From contig NZ_LN831039.1 of assembly GCF_001457595.1 (NCBI RefSeq), positions 6,660,001-6,692,000 on the forward strand: a DNA stretch of 32,000 nucleotides. The letters are read 5' to 3'. The notes beneath the pieces are model-generated. The model did no database searches and had not been told where the DNA came from. It saw nothing but the letters and a program-made list of their open reading frames with translations. This DNA is from Mycolicibacterium smegmatis. GTDB taxonomy: Bacteria > Actinomycetota > Actinomycetes > Mycobacteriales > Mycobacteriaceae. Each line of letters starts with the position of its first letter. Position 1 is the first letter of the stretch. Of this stretch, positions 11,351 to 19,400 are shown piece after piece. A program made the translations under genes and the position numbers.

Positions 11351-11439
11351 TGAGGTAGTTGTAGATGATCCTTGTGATGCTTCTTCGCCTCTACTGGCGG
11401 CACACCCGCCTTCGCGATCGCCCGGTCGATGAGGAACCG
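11321..11439 (-). pseudogene. Decayed 3' fragment of a homologue of the 13093-14823 regulator gene (HTH end)
   Basis: 11321-11350 is identical to 13093-13122. 11370-11439 aligns to 13221-13290 with 61/70 identities by my hand alignment. The ~97 nt between them (13124-13220) is missing and the 13-nt duplication shifts the frame. The ORF-track peptide ends YNYLTEVRG, as the intact gene does. Confidence 0.8.
11338..11363. repeat. 13-nt tandem duplication (tgaggtagttgta x2) at the repeat/insertion junction
   Basis: Direct reading: 11338-11350 equals 11351-11363. The right-hand repeat copy carries only one unit. Confidence 0.9.
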
Positions 11440-13074
11440 ATTCTTCAGGACGCCACGTCATCGAGACCCATTGAATTGACCAAGGCTGCGGACAGAACCG
11501 CACTGACAAACTGCTACCCGCATCCTGACCACCTTCTCGAGTGACCGCCTTTGACCTTCTGCAGTTGCATGTTTCATCATGACGCCGCTTTGCAAGCCCA
11601 AAGGACACTATTCACAAGATAGGTTGCGGTTGCCGACAGCGAATTGTCTCTAGGGGTGTAGGCCGGCAGTGCGGCGACGAACGCACGGCGATATTGCGCA
11701 GCTAGAACTGCGAAATCTTCAAATACTGGGTTTCCGCTCCGGCGACCCAAGCGTTCCAGCTCGTCAGCGCTTGCGGACATGACCGGACGGACCTCTTCAA
11801 CGACGGACTGCTGCTCACGGGTCCAGTCACCGTACGGAATGTTCGGATCGATTGCCCGCCATGGAGCTACTTCGTCCGCGAACATCTTGGCATTGGACTC
11901 CCACTCGGCGCACACTGGCAAGTCCCGCTCGATGAAGAGCTGCGAATCCGCCCCGCTCGAACCTGCTAGGCCAGAAGAAGGCTCATCGGGCTCGGACAGC
12001 AGCGGCTCGACGGCCGCTGCCGCTTTCGAGGACACCCCAGAGCAAATTCCACTGAGCGCGGACGACAGACCATCCACAACGGCGGCCAAGTCATCGTCGT
12101 TTTCAACGTAGGAGGGCAAGCGATCTACGAATCGTACTGTGTAAGCGACGAATTGACCGTAAACTTCACGCAAGACCCGATGTGGTGTTCGCGTCTCCAA
12201 GTTTCGCGTTTTCTCGGCAGCAGCCGTCATTGCCTTCGCGACAGTTTCATACATGGCACGTTGGCTGCTGCTCCAGGACGTCGCGGGCACTCTATAGTCA
12301 CGATCTGCCCAGTTGACTGACTCTTCCGCTGTCGCAAGTTGTTGCCCGATGGAGCCCCACGCGTCACACGTGCTGTCCTCTGTTATCACATTGACGGAAC
12401 TTGTATCACTAGTGCTGGCAAGGTCGGATTCAGGGCCGCTCGGCGTTCCAGCAACTGACGCGTTTTCGCTGTCCGGTTTGACAATGAGCACCGTGACCAC
12501 CACCGCGAGTGCGATAGCCAAGACCACGGCGAGCCCGCCGAAGATCCATTTAACTTTGTCCCCGTTCGACGGAGTCGGTCCATTACCCCGCTGCTGCTGC
12601 GGGCCAGACGGCGGCGGTGGAAGCGAAGTCATGCGCCACCGTCAATCACTTGCCGAACTGGCGCACGCATGATCGCCGAACTAGTGATTCGCCAGGTCGC
12701 CCGTCCCCTCGCTCGCGTATGAACGCGTGCCGGTATACCCATGCATCCCCCTTGTGCAAAACCTAACGCTGCCGCAAGGCCAGCGTTTGCCACATCAGCT
12801 TAAACGCCCCTAGAGAGGGTGTGTGCGCCAATACACGGAACGCTCCCCGCTGGCGGACTGGCTCCACCGCAATGCATTCGGCTCGATACCGAGTCCAAGG
12901 CAAAGGCCGGGTTGCGTGTATCGGAGCCCGACGCGTCATCCCAATGGCGCAGCGCGGCGACCTCTGGCCCTCTCCCCAACCGATCAGATACAGGCCTACC
13001 GACACCACGGGCACTCCGCCGCCAGCACCTGTTGCTGCAGATTTGTGATGGTTCCACTGAGATGCATATGTAAG
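11351..13074. other. Lower-G+C insertion (island) between the 48-bp direct repeats
   Basis: Sampled 60-nt lines inside give about 48-65% G+C against visibly higher flanks. It holds one orphan gene, a gene relic and ~460 bp without a convincing ORF. No recombinase gene is present. Confidence 0.7.
11577..12632 (-). CDS. Hypothetical membrane-anchored protein with a Pro-rich N-terminus, one TM helix and two tandem Cys-bracketed domains
   Basis: 351-aa ORF with ATG at 12632 and ggtgg upstream. The TM segment is WIFGGLAVVLAIALAVVVTVLIV. Two ~115-125 aa segments align internally. Codon usage is atypical for the window. Confidence 0.7.
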   Translation of the reverse strand: MTSLPPPPSGPQQQRGNGPTPSNGDKVKWIFGGLAVVLAIALAVVVTVLIVKPDSENASVAGTPSGPESDLASTSDTSSVNVITEDSTCDAWGSIGQQLATAEESVNWADRDYRVPATSWSSSQRAMYETVAKAMTAAAEKTRNLETRTPHRVLREVYGQFVAYTVRFVDRLPSYVENDDDLAAVVDGLSSALSGICSGVSSKAAAAVEPLLSEPDEPSSGLAGSSGADSQLFIERDLPVCAEWESNAKMFADEVAPWRAIDPNIPYGDWTREQQSVVEEVRPVMSASADELERLGRRSGNPVFEDFAVLAAQYRRAFVAALPAYTPRDNSLSATATYLVNSVLWACKAAS

Positions 13075-13122
13075 GGCTCTCCCCCAGCCTGATCAGCCGC
13101 GCACCTCGGTGAGGTAGTTGTA
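13075..13122. repeat. Right copy of the 48-bp direct repeat
   Basis: Matches 11303-11350 with a single mismatch (13083 c versus 11311 g). Confidence 0.9.
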
Positions 13123-14823
13123 GATCGTGTAGCGCGTCACGTCGAGTTGGCCCGCGACGTGCTCCACCGAGTCACGGATCAGGAAGAACCCGGCCTCGTC
13201 GAGTTCACGCACCACCGCGGCCTTGTGCTGCTTCTTCATCTCCGCCGGCGGCACTCCCACCTTGGCGATCGCCCGGTCGATGAGGAACCGCTGCAGGCTG
13301 TCGATGTCGCGGGGGAAGGTCTCGGGCTGCTCGGGTGCATCGGCCGCAACAGTCTCTGCCATCGCGCTGTTCACACACAGACAGCCGACGGCGACGCCGT
13401 CGGCGTCACGCAGGAACAACGTCGACGAGCGGATCGGCCTGCCGTCGGGACTGTTGGTGCGGTAGTTGATCAGGTCCTGCGTGGTGCCGCGACGGATCAA
13501 CCCCAGCAGCAGGTCGGTCATGGGACCGCCGACGGTCCGGCCCGTGAGATCCCCGGCGATCGCCACGATCGAATCGGGCAGCCGCGAAAGGTCGTGCAGC
13601 AGTACCTCGTTGCCCGGTCCCAGCATGGCCGCAAGGCCGTGCACGGCAGGCACCAGCGACGTGAGCAGCTCGTGCGTGGCCGGTCCGGACGCCGAAGGTG
13701 GTGCGGGCGTGGCGGTTCGGGCCCTGGCGAGTGCGGTCAGTGCGGACCGGACCTCATCGACGACGTCCAGCGATGTCGACGCGTGCGGCGACAACCGCAC
13801 ATGTTCGGGGCGCACGGTCGCGGCGATACCCGCCGAGTTGAGCGCGATGCCCACCTGTTCGGCCGGTTGCCCGGGCAGCGTGAACGCCAGGATGCCCGCG
13901 CGGCGGTCGGTGGCCGAAACAATTGTCGCCCCCAGGGATTCGAGCATGTCCTGCAGAGCGTCGACCCGCTCGGCGATACGCGCGGCGATGGCCGCGACCC
14001 CGGCGTCCTCCACGAGTTCGAGCGCCTCGGCGAACGCGCCGGAGGTCACGGGACTCAGGTTGGAGATCGACCACGCCGCGGCAGTGCTCTCGGGCGGGTG
14101 GATGGTGTTGTCGAACAGACCGGGGTCACGCGCGCCGGTCCAGCCCGAGAGCACCGGGTCCATGCGTTCGAGCATGCGGTCGGACAGCTTGGTGAAACCC
14201 GTGCCCCACCCGGCGCGCAGCCACTTCTGCCCGCCGACCACCAGCACGTCGGCCACCTCCCACGGCGCCTCGATGACGCCGAACCCCTGGATGCCGTCGA
14301 CGACGAACAACCGGTCGCCGATCACGTCGCGCAGCGCAGCCAGGTCCGCGCGGTACCCGGTGCGGAAATCCACGGCGCTCACCGACACCACGGTGACGTC
14401 GTCGGTCAGGGCCTCGGCCACCGCGTCGGGCGTCACGTGTCCCGCCCGAAGACGGCGCACCGTGACCCGGCCCGTCTGTTCGGCGCGCGCCCACGGGTAG
14501 GTGTTGGCCGGGAACTCGGCCTCGGACACCAACACCGTCCCGCCGGGCACACTGAACGCGGCCTGCAACAGGCCCATGCTCGTATGCGGCTGCAGCACAA
14601 TGTGATCGGTGTCGCTGCCGCACAGCCGGGCCGCGGCCGCCTTGGCACGCACCTCTTGGCGCATCAGTTCGTCGACGGTGGCGGGGCCCGCGTGCGCCGA
14701 CTGCTCCGACAGGCGCGCGGTCGCGTCGAGGACCGCGTACGACGGTGGGCCGAACCGCGCGAAGTCCAGGTACCCGGCCGACTCGGTGAACTGCAGCAGG
14801 TAGCGCGGCGAGATGGGCCTCAC
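13093..14823 (-). CDS. Fusion protein: N-terminal aminotransferase class V-fold PLP enzyme plus C-terminal YheO/DauR-like sensor and HTH
   Basis: 576-aa ORF. The N-terminal ~370 aa are class-V-like ([11 protein letters not shown], candidate PLP-Lys in VVGGQKWL). The C-terminal part has a YheO-type PAS-like segment ([28 protein letters not shown]) and an HTH ([21 protein letters not shown]). The GTG start overlaps the ATPase stop (GTGA). Confidence 0.8.
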   Translation of the reverse strand: MRPISPRYLLQFTESAGYLDFARFGPPSYAVLDATARLSEQSAHAGPATVDELMRQEVRAKAAAARLCGSDTDHIVLQPHTSMGLLQAAFSVPGGTVLVSEAEFPANTYPWARAEQTGRVTVRRLRAGHVTPDAVAEALTDDVTVVSVSAVDFRTGYRADLAALRDVIGDRLFVVDGIQGFGVIEAPWEVADVLVVGGQKWLRAGWGTGFTKLSDRMLERMDPVLSGWTGARDPGLFDNTIHPPESTAAAWSISNLSPVTSGAFAEALELVEDAGVAAIAARIAERVDALQDMLESLGATIVSATDRRAGILAFTLPGQPAEQVGIALNSAGIAATVRPEHVRLSPHASTSLDVVDEVRSALTALARARTATPAPPSASGPATHELLTSLVPAVHGLAAMLGPGNEVLLHDLSRLPDSIVAIAGDLTGRTVGGPMTDLLLGLIRRGTTQDLINYRTNSPDGRPIRSSTLFLRDADGVAVGCLCVNSAMAETVAADAPEQPETFPRDIDSLQRFLIDRAIAKVGVPPAEMKKQHKAAVVRELDEAGFFLIRDSVEHVAGQLDVTRYTIYNYLTEVRG

Positions 14824-15593
14824 GCGAGCACCCGCGCCAGGAACTGGCGGGTGCGTTCGTGCTCGGGGTCTTTCAGCACGCGGTCGGGCGGACCGGTCTC
14901 GACGACCGTGCCGTCGGCCATGAACACCACCTCGTCGGCGGCCTCTGCGGCGAAACCGATCTCGTGTGTCACCACGACCATCGTCATCCCTTCCCGGGCC
15001 AGGCTGTTCATCACGGCCAGCACCTCACCGACCAATTCGGGGTCGAGTGCGGAGGTCGGCTCGTCGAACAGCATCAGTTTGGGTTTCATCGCGAGCGAGC
15101 GCGCGATCGCCACGCGCTGCTGCTGCCCGCCGGACAGTTGCGCGGGGAACGCGTCGGCGCGGTCGGCCAGGCCGACCCGCTCCAGCAGTTCCATACCTTC
15201 CCGGCGGGCGACGTCGGGTGAGACTCCGCGTACCCGGACCGGACCTTCGATGATGTTCTCCAACGCGGTCCGGTGTCCGAACAGGTTGAAGCGCTGGAAC
15301 ACCATCCCGATGTCGCGGCGCTGCCTGGCGACGTCGCGCTCGCGCAACTCGTGGAGCTTGCCGTCGCGCAGCGCGAACCCGATGGGTTCGCCGTCCACCC
15401 ACACCTGCCCGGCGTCGATGGTCTCCAGATGGTTGAGGCAGCGCAAGAACGTGCTCTTGCCGGCACCCGACGGGCCGAGCAGGCACACCACCTCGCCGCG
15501 GCGCACTTCGAGGTCGATGCCACGCAGAACCTCGGTGTGGCCGTAGCTCTTTCGCACGCCGACCGCGCGCAGCAAGGGTTCAGACACGGGCAC
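14820..15593 (-). CDS. Amino-acid ABC transporter ATP-binding protein (GlnQ-like)
   Basis: Walker [10 protein letters not shown], signature LSGGQQQR and Walker [13 protein letters not shown]. The GTG start overlaps the permease 3' end by 14 nt. Confidence 0.93.
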   Translation of the reverse strand: MPVSEPLLRAVGVRKSYGHTEVLRGIDLEVRRGEVVCLLGPSGAGKSTFLRCLNHLETIDAGQVWVDGEPIGFALRDGKLHELRERDVARQRRDIGMVFQRFNLFGHRTALENIIEGPVRVRGVSPDVARREGMELLERVGLADRADAFPAQLSGGQQQRVAIARSLAMKPKLMLFDEPTSALDPELVGEVLAVMNSLAREGMTMVVVTHEIGFAAEAADEVVFMADGTVVETGPPDRVLKDPEHERTRQFLARVLA

Positions 15594-16473
15594 TCCTCTT
15601 CAACGGCACCGCGCGCAGGGCCCTGGTGGCCTGTGCGGCGGCGCTGCGTTCGGCGCCGCCGAACCACCGTTCCAGGTAGTGCTGCCCGAAACCGGCGAGC
15701 GTGACCACCACCATGTACCAGATCGCCGCGGCGAAAAGGGTTTCCATCACCAGCAGGTTGTTGGACGAGATGTTGTTGGCGGCGTGCAGCAGTTCGGTCA
15801 CACCGATCACCGATGCGATCGACGTGCCCTTCAACATGTCGATGAAGTCGTTGCCGGTGGGCGGGATGATCACGCGCATGGCCTGCGGCAGCACGATCCG
15901 GCGCAGGGTCTGCGCCGGGGTCATGCCGATGGACTTGGCGGCCTCGACCTGTCCGGAGTCGACGCTGTTCAGGCCGGCCCGCACGATCTCGGCCATGTAC
16001 GCGCTTTCGTTGAGCGCCAGGCCGAGCAGCGCCGCGGTGAACGCGCTCACCAGTGCGTTGGTGGGTTCCTGCAGCAGATACCCGCCCATGGGCAGCGGGA
16101 TCGAGATCACCGGGATGACCAACGCGAGGTTGTACCAGATGAGGATCTGCAACAGCACCGGAAGACCGCGGAACAACCAGATGTAGGCCGCGGCGAACCA
16201 CCGCGCGACGGGGTTCGCGCTGCGTCGCAGCAGCGCGATGCCGACCCCGATGACGATCGCCGCGGCCTGCGCGACGAGCGCGAGCAGCACGGTGTTGACC
16301 AGGCCGACGGCCATGACGCGGTAGACCACGAAGTCGGGCACCGACGACCACTTGATCTGTGCGCGCGACAGCGCGATGAACAGCAGGACGAGGGCCGCGA
16401 CGATGACGGCGGCGCCGACCCACCGGCCCCAGTGCCGGAGCCGGACGATCGGCAGGGGCTCAGCTACCGCCAT
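15580..16473 (-). CDS. Amino-acid ABC transporter permease (His/Glu/Gln/Arg/opine family)
   Basis: 297-aa multi-TM ORF with the EAA loop ([23 protein letters not shown]). It overlaps the SBP gene by 14 nt. Confidence 0.9.
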   Translation of the reverse strand: MAVAEPLPIVRLRHWGRWVGAAVIVAALVLLFIALSRAQIKWSSVPDFVVYRVMAVGLVNTVLLALVAQAAAIVIGVGIALLRRSANPVARWFAAAYIWLFRGLPVLLQILIWYNLALVIPVISIPLPMGGYLLQEPTNALVSAFTAALLGLALNESAYMAEIVRAGLNSVDSGQVEAAKSIGMTPAQTLRRIVLPQAMRVIIPPTGNDFIDMLKGTSIASVIGVTELLHAANNISSNNLLVMETLFAAAIWYMVVVTLAGFGQHYLERWFGGAERSAAAQATRALRAVPLKRSARV

Positions 16474-17434
16474 TGATCGCGGGCTCCTTCAGCGCGCCCT
16501 GCTCGACGCCCCAGCTCTGCAGGATCGTCTCGTAGGTGCCGTCGGTCATCAGTTCGCCGAGGGCCTTGGCCACCGCCTCGCGCAGTGCGACGTTGTCCTT
16601 GTTGAAGCCGATGCCGTACGGGCCGCCCTCGATCGGCGGTCCTGGCACGACCTCGAACGCGTTGCCGTCGCCCGCGGTGCGGGAGATGTAGACCGCGCTG
16701 GGCAGATCGTTGAGGATCGCCGCGACGCGTCCGGTGCGCAGCTGGTTCTGGTTCTGCGTGTCGCTGTCGGTGGCCGTGACGTTCACGGCGGGCTTGCCCT
16801 CCTGTTCGCACCGCTGGCTCTGCGCGGCGGCGAATTTCTGGTGGCTGGTGCCCTGGACGACGGCGACGTTCTTGCCGCACAACGAGTCCGGGCCGGTGAT
16901 GTTCTCGGGGTTGCCCTTCTGGATCATGATCGTGATGCCCGACGAGAAGTAGTCGACGAAGTCGATCTGCTGCTGACGTTCCTTGGTGTCGTTCATCGCG
17001 GCCATGGTCATGTCGACGCGGCCGGACTGCAGGCTGGTGATGAGCGACCCGAACGCCATGTCCTGGTGCTTGGCCTGGACGCCGAGTTTGGCCGCGATGG
17101 CCTTGGCGAGGTCCACCTCGTAACCGATCGGCGTCTTGCCGTCACCGGCGTAGAAGTTGTTGGGCGCCGACTGGATGTTCGAGCCGAGGTTGATGGTCTT
17201 GGACTGCGCGATCGCCGGCGGCAGCGCCGCGCTCAGCGCCGGGTCGGCCTCGATCGCGGCGATCACCTCGGTGTTGTCGGGGATCGCCGACGCGGTGCCG
17301 GGGGCCTGGGCGTCCCCCGCGGCGGCGTCTTCGGCGCTGCAGGCGACGGCGGCGCCTGCCGTCAGCAGCAGGGCGGCGAGCAGCACACCCGGGCGGTGGC
17401 GACTGCTCAGGCGGGTACGCAGCGTTGATGGCAT
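16460..17434 (-). CDS. Amino-acid ABC transporter substrate-binding lipoprotein (family 3 SBP)
   Basis: Signal peptide with lipobox (LLLTAGAAVAC). The SBP_bac_3-like core is SLQSGRVDMTMAAMNDTKERQQQIDF. A GGAGG sequence lies 7 nt upstream of the ATG (cctcc at 17441-17445). Confidence 0.9.
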   Translation of the reverse strand: MPSTLRTRLSSRHRPGVLLAALLLTAGAAVACSAEDAAAGDAQAPGTASAIPDNTEVIAAIEADPALSAALPPAIAQSKTINLGSNIQSAPNNFYAGDGKTPIGYEVDLAKAIAAKLGVQAKHQDMAFGSLITSLQSGRVDMTMAAMNDTKERQQQIDFVDYFSSGITIMIQKGNPENITGPDSLCGKNVAVVQGTSHQKFAAAQSQRCEQEGKPAVNVTATDSDTQNQNQLRTGRVAAILNDLPSAVYISRTAGDGNAFEVVPGPPIEGGPYGIGFNKDNVALREAVAKALGELMTDGTYETILQSWGVEQGALKEPAINGGS

Positions 17435-17480
17435 CAGAGACCTCCACAGAGCGGTGAGCGGTGCGATGCGCCGAACGCTA

Positions 17481-17517
17481 CAACAATTTGTTGAAATCTT
17501 CTCTACAAACTGTTGAA
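17481..17517. promoter_or_regulatory. AT-rich repeated 15-mer / palindrome upstream of the ABC operon (candidate operator-promoter)
   Basis: caacaatttgttgaa (17481-17495) contains the 6-1-6 palindrome CAACAA-T-TTGTTG. ctacaaactgttgaa (17503-17517) matches it at 12/15 positions, 22 bp downstream. The site is 47-83 bp upstream of the SBP start in otherwise GC-rich DNA. Confidence 0.45.
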
Positions 17518-17583
17518 GTCAGTCGCCGCAGCCGTCGTCGCCGCACGGGCGACCAGCTCGGTGCGTAAGAGGTACCAGAAAAA

Positions 17584-18492
17584 TCAGCCCTGGTCAGGCG
17601 ACCAGTACTCGAGCATCTCGGCCAGGGTCTCGAACGCGGGACGGGAGACGCCGTACGCCACCTCGTAGTGGACGCTCAAGGGAAAGCCGAGCTGGCCGAC
17701 ACCGTCGATGACGCGCTTGTAGAGGTCGACCATCAACCGCCGCTTCTCGGCGGGATCCTGCTCGGCCAGACGCGAGACGAACTCCTGTTCGGCCGCGACG
17801 GCCGGATTGCCCGGGTCCTGGATGAGCCAGTTGATCAGCCCGACCTTGGCCTCCATCTTCGGCACGAAGCCGAACGACAGCAGGATCTCCGGACGGTGCT
17901 CGGTGGTCTTGGCGAACTCGGTGAGAAATCCCACGATGGCGTCGGAGTACAGCAGCTGCGTCATGCCGTACGTCGCGCCCTGGTCGCACTTGAAGTTGAA
18001 CCGCCCCTGTTCGCCCTCGCGCGTCGGGATCAGGATCGCGCCGCGGTTGGGCACCAGGTCGGCGTAGATCGACAGCGCATCGGTGGGTGCGACGCCCTCC
18101 CCCTCGCCGTCCTTCATGGTGCGCGGGACGCCCACGAACGAGATGCCGTCGAAACCGGCGCCGCTGAGCGCCGTCAGGCGCTCACGCAGCGCCTCCTCAC
18201 CCAGGAACGACGTGACCTGAGTGCACAGGCCGCGCAGGCCGGGCAGCTCGGGCCGGATGATGTTCCAGTATTCGAGGACGTCCATCTTGGGCTTCATCTC
18301 GATGGGACGGTCGTCGTCCTCGTCGATCATCCCGGGGATCATGACATGCCGGATCCGGCCTTCGATGCCGGTCTCGGCGGCGATTGCGAGCACCTTGTGG
18401 GCCTCTTCGACCGCGTACGAGGCGCCGCGCTCGACGTTCGGCGGCACGAGCTCCAGCGCGATGGTGTTCAGAGGCACGAACCTGCTCCCCAT
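17584..18492 (-). CDS. Probable mycobacterial-type (non-canonical) methylenetetrahydrofolate reductase-like protein
   Basis: ATG 18492 (MGSRFVPLNTIALELVPPN) has agggaa upstream. The TIM-barrel-like pattern resembles my recollection of the Rv2172c family (IALELVPPN, GISFVGVPR, LLSFGFVP). The family assignment is from memory and was not searched. Confidence 0.6.
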   Translation of the reverse strand: MGSRFVPLNTIALELVPPNVERGASYAVEEAHKVLAIAAETGIEGRIRHVMIPGMIDEDDDRPIEMKPKMDVLEYWNIIRPELPGLRGLCTQVTSFLGEEALRERLTALSGAGFDGISFVGVPRTMKDGEGEGVAPTDALSIYADLVPNRGAILIPTREGEQGRFNFKCDQGATYGMTQLLYSDAIVGFLTEFAKTTEHRPEILLSFGFVPKMEAKVGLINWLIQDPGNPAVAAEQEFVSRLAEQDPAEKRRLMVDLYKRVIDGVGQLGFPLSVHYEVAYGVSRPAFETLAEMLEYWSPDQG

Positions 18493-18617
18493 TTCCCTGA
18501 CGACTTCACAGGTGGACCTGACCACACTACGGAGTCTGCCTGCGGACTCGCTCGGCGCGGTCGGATAACCGCAGCTCGGACGCGCACGACACCCGCGGGG
18601 CGTGATAAACCTCCCCC

Positions 18618-19379
18618 ATGGCTGAACGCGTCAAGTTCCCCAGTTCGACCGGCCCGATGCTGGCAGGCGCCATCGACCTGCCCGAGGGCGAGGTACGTGG
18701 CTGGGGTGTTTTCTCGCACGGGTTCACCCTCGGCAAGAACTCGCCCGCCTGCTCGCGCATCTGCAAGCAACTCGCGAGCGAGGGCATCGGCATGCTGCGT
18801 TTCGACGCGCTCGGCCTCGGCGACTCCGACGGTGACTGGGGCGACGGATCGTTCACGGTCAAGGTCAACGACATCATCGAGGCCGGCCGGTTCATGGCCG
18901 AGCGCGGCACACCGCCCGACATCCTGGTCGGGCATTCGTTCGGCGGCGCGGCGGTGCTGGCCGCGGCGCGGCAGATCCCCAGCGTGCGCGCTGTCGTGAC
19001 GGTCGGGGCACCGGTCGACCCGGTGCACGTCGAGCACCAGTACGACGCATGCCTGGAGCAGGTGCTGGCCGAGGGCAGCGGCGAGTGGATGGTGGGTGGA
19101 CGGACCCTGACCCTCAAGCGCGCGTTCGTCGAGGACGTGCGCGCCGCGCAATTGCGGGACAAGATCAAGAACCTGCGCCTGCCGCTGCTGATCCTGCACT
19201 CCCCGACCGACAACACCGTCGGTATCGAGAACGCGAGCCACATCTTCCAGACCGCGCGACATCCGCGCAGCTTCGTCTCCCTGGAGGGGTCCGAACACCT
19301 GCTCACCGGCCCGGGTCAGGCACGCCGGGCCGGGCGCATCATCGGCGCGTGGGCCGATGCGTATCTGGGCGAGCGGTGA
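18618..19379 (+). CDS. Alpha/beta hydrolase
   Basis: 253-aa ORF with the nucleophile elbow VGHSFGG, LLILHSPTDN and a late His (GSEHLL). Confidence 0.82.
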   Translation: MAERVKFPSSTGPMLAGAIDLPEGEVRGWGVFSHGFTLGKNSPACSRICKQLASEGIGMLRFDALGLGDSDGDWGDGSFTVKVNDIIEAGRFMAERGTPPDILVGHSFGGAAVLAAARQIPSVRAVVTVGAPVDPVHVEHQYDACLEQVLAEGSGEWMVGGRTLTLKRAFVEDVRAAQLRDKIKNLRLPLLILHSPTDNTVGIENASHIFQTARHPRSFVSLEGSEHLLTGPGQARRAGRIIGAWADAYLGER

Positions 19380-19400
19380 GGTCGTGAAATAGTTCGCTAC

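Noticed and set aside
11351-13074. Possibility that the island is an insertion sequence or a prophage remnant with a recognisable recombinase.
   Set aside because: No transposase, integrase, terminal inverted repeats or tRNA gene could be seen. Only the long direct repeats point to mobility, so it is reported as an unexplained insertion rather than a named mobile element.
12763-13092. Five overlapping 75-89-aa ORFs on both strands in the island's non-coding part.
   Set aside because: None has a protein-like composition, a plausible RBS or a motif, and they overlap one another. I treated the region as non-coding or possibly decayed.
17537-17553. Hairpin gtcgcc-gcacg-ggcgac downstream of the MTHFR-like gene, considered as an intrinsic terminator.
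   Set aside because: It is only a 6-bp stem with no U-tract on the transcribed (minus) strand, and GC-rich DNA produces such stems by chance. I kept it only as a note.
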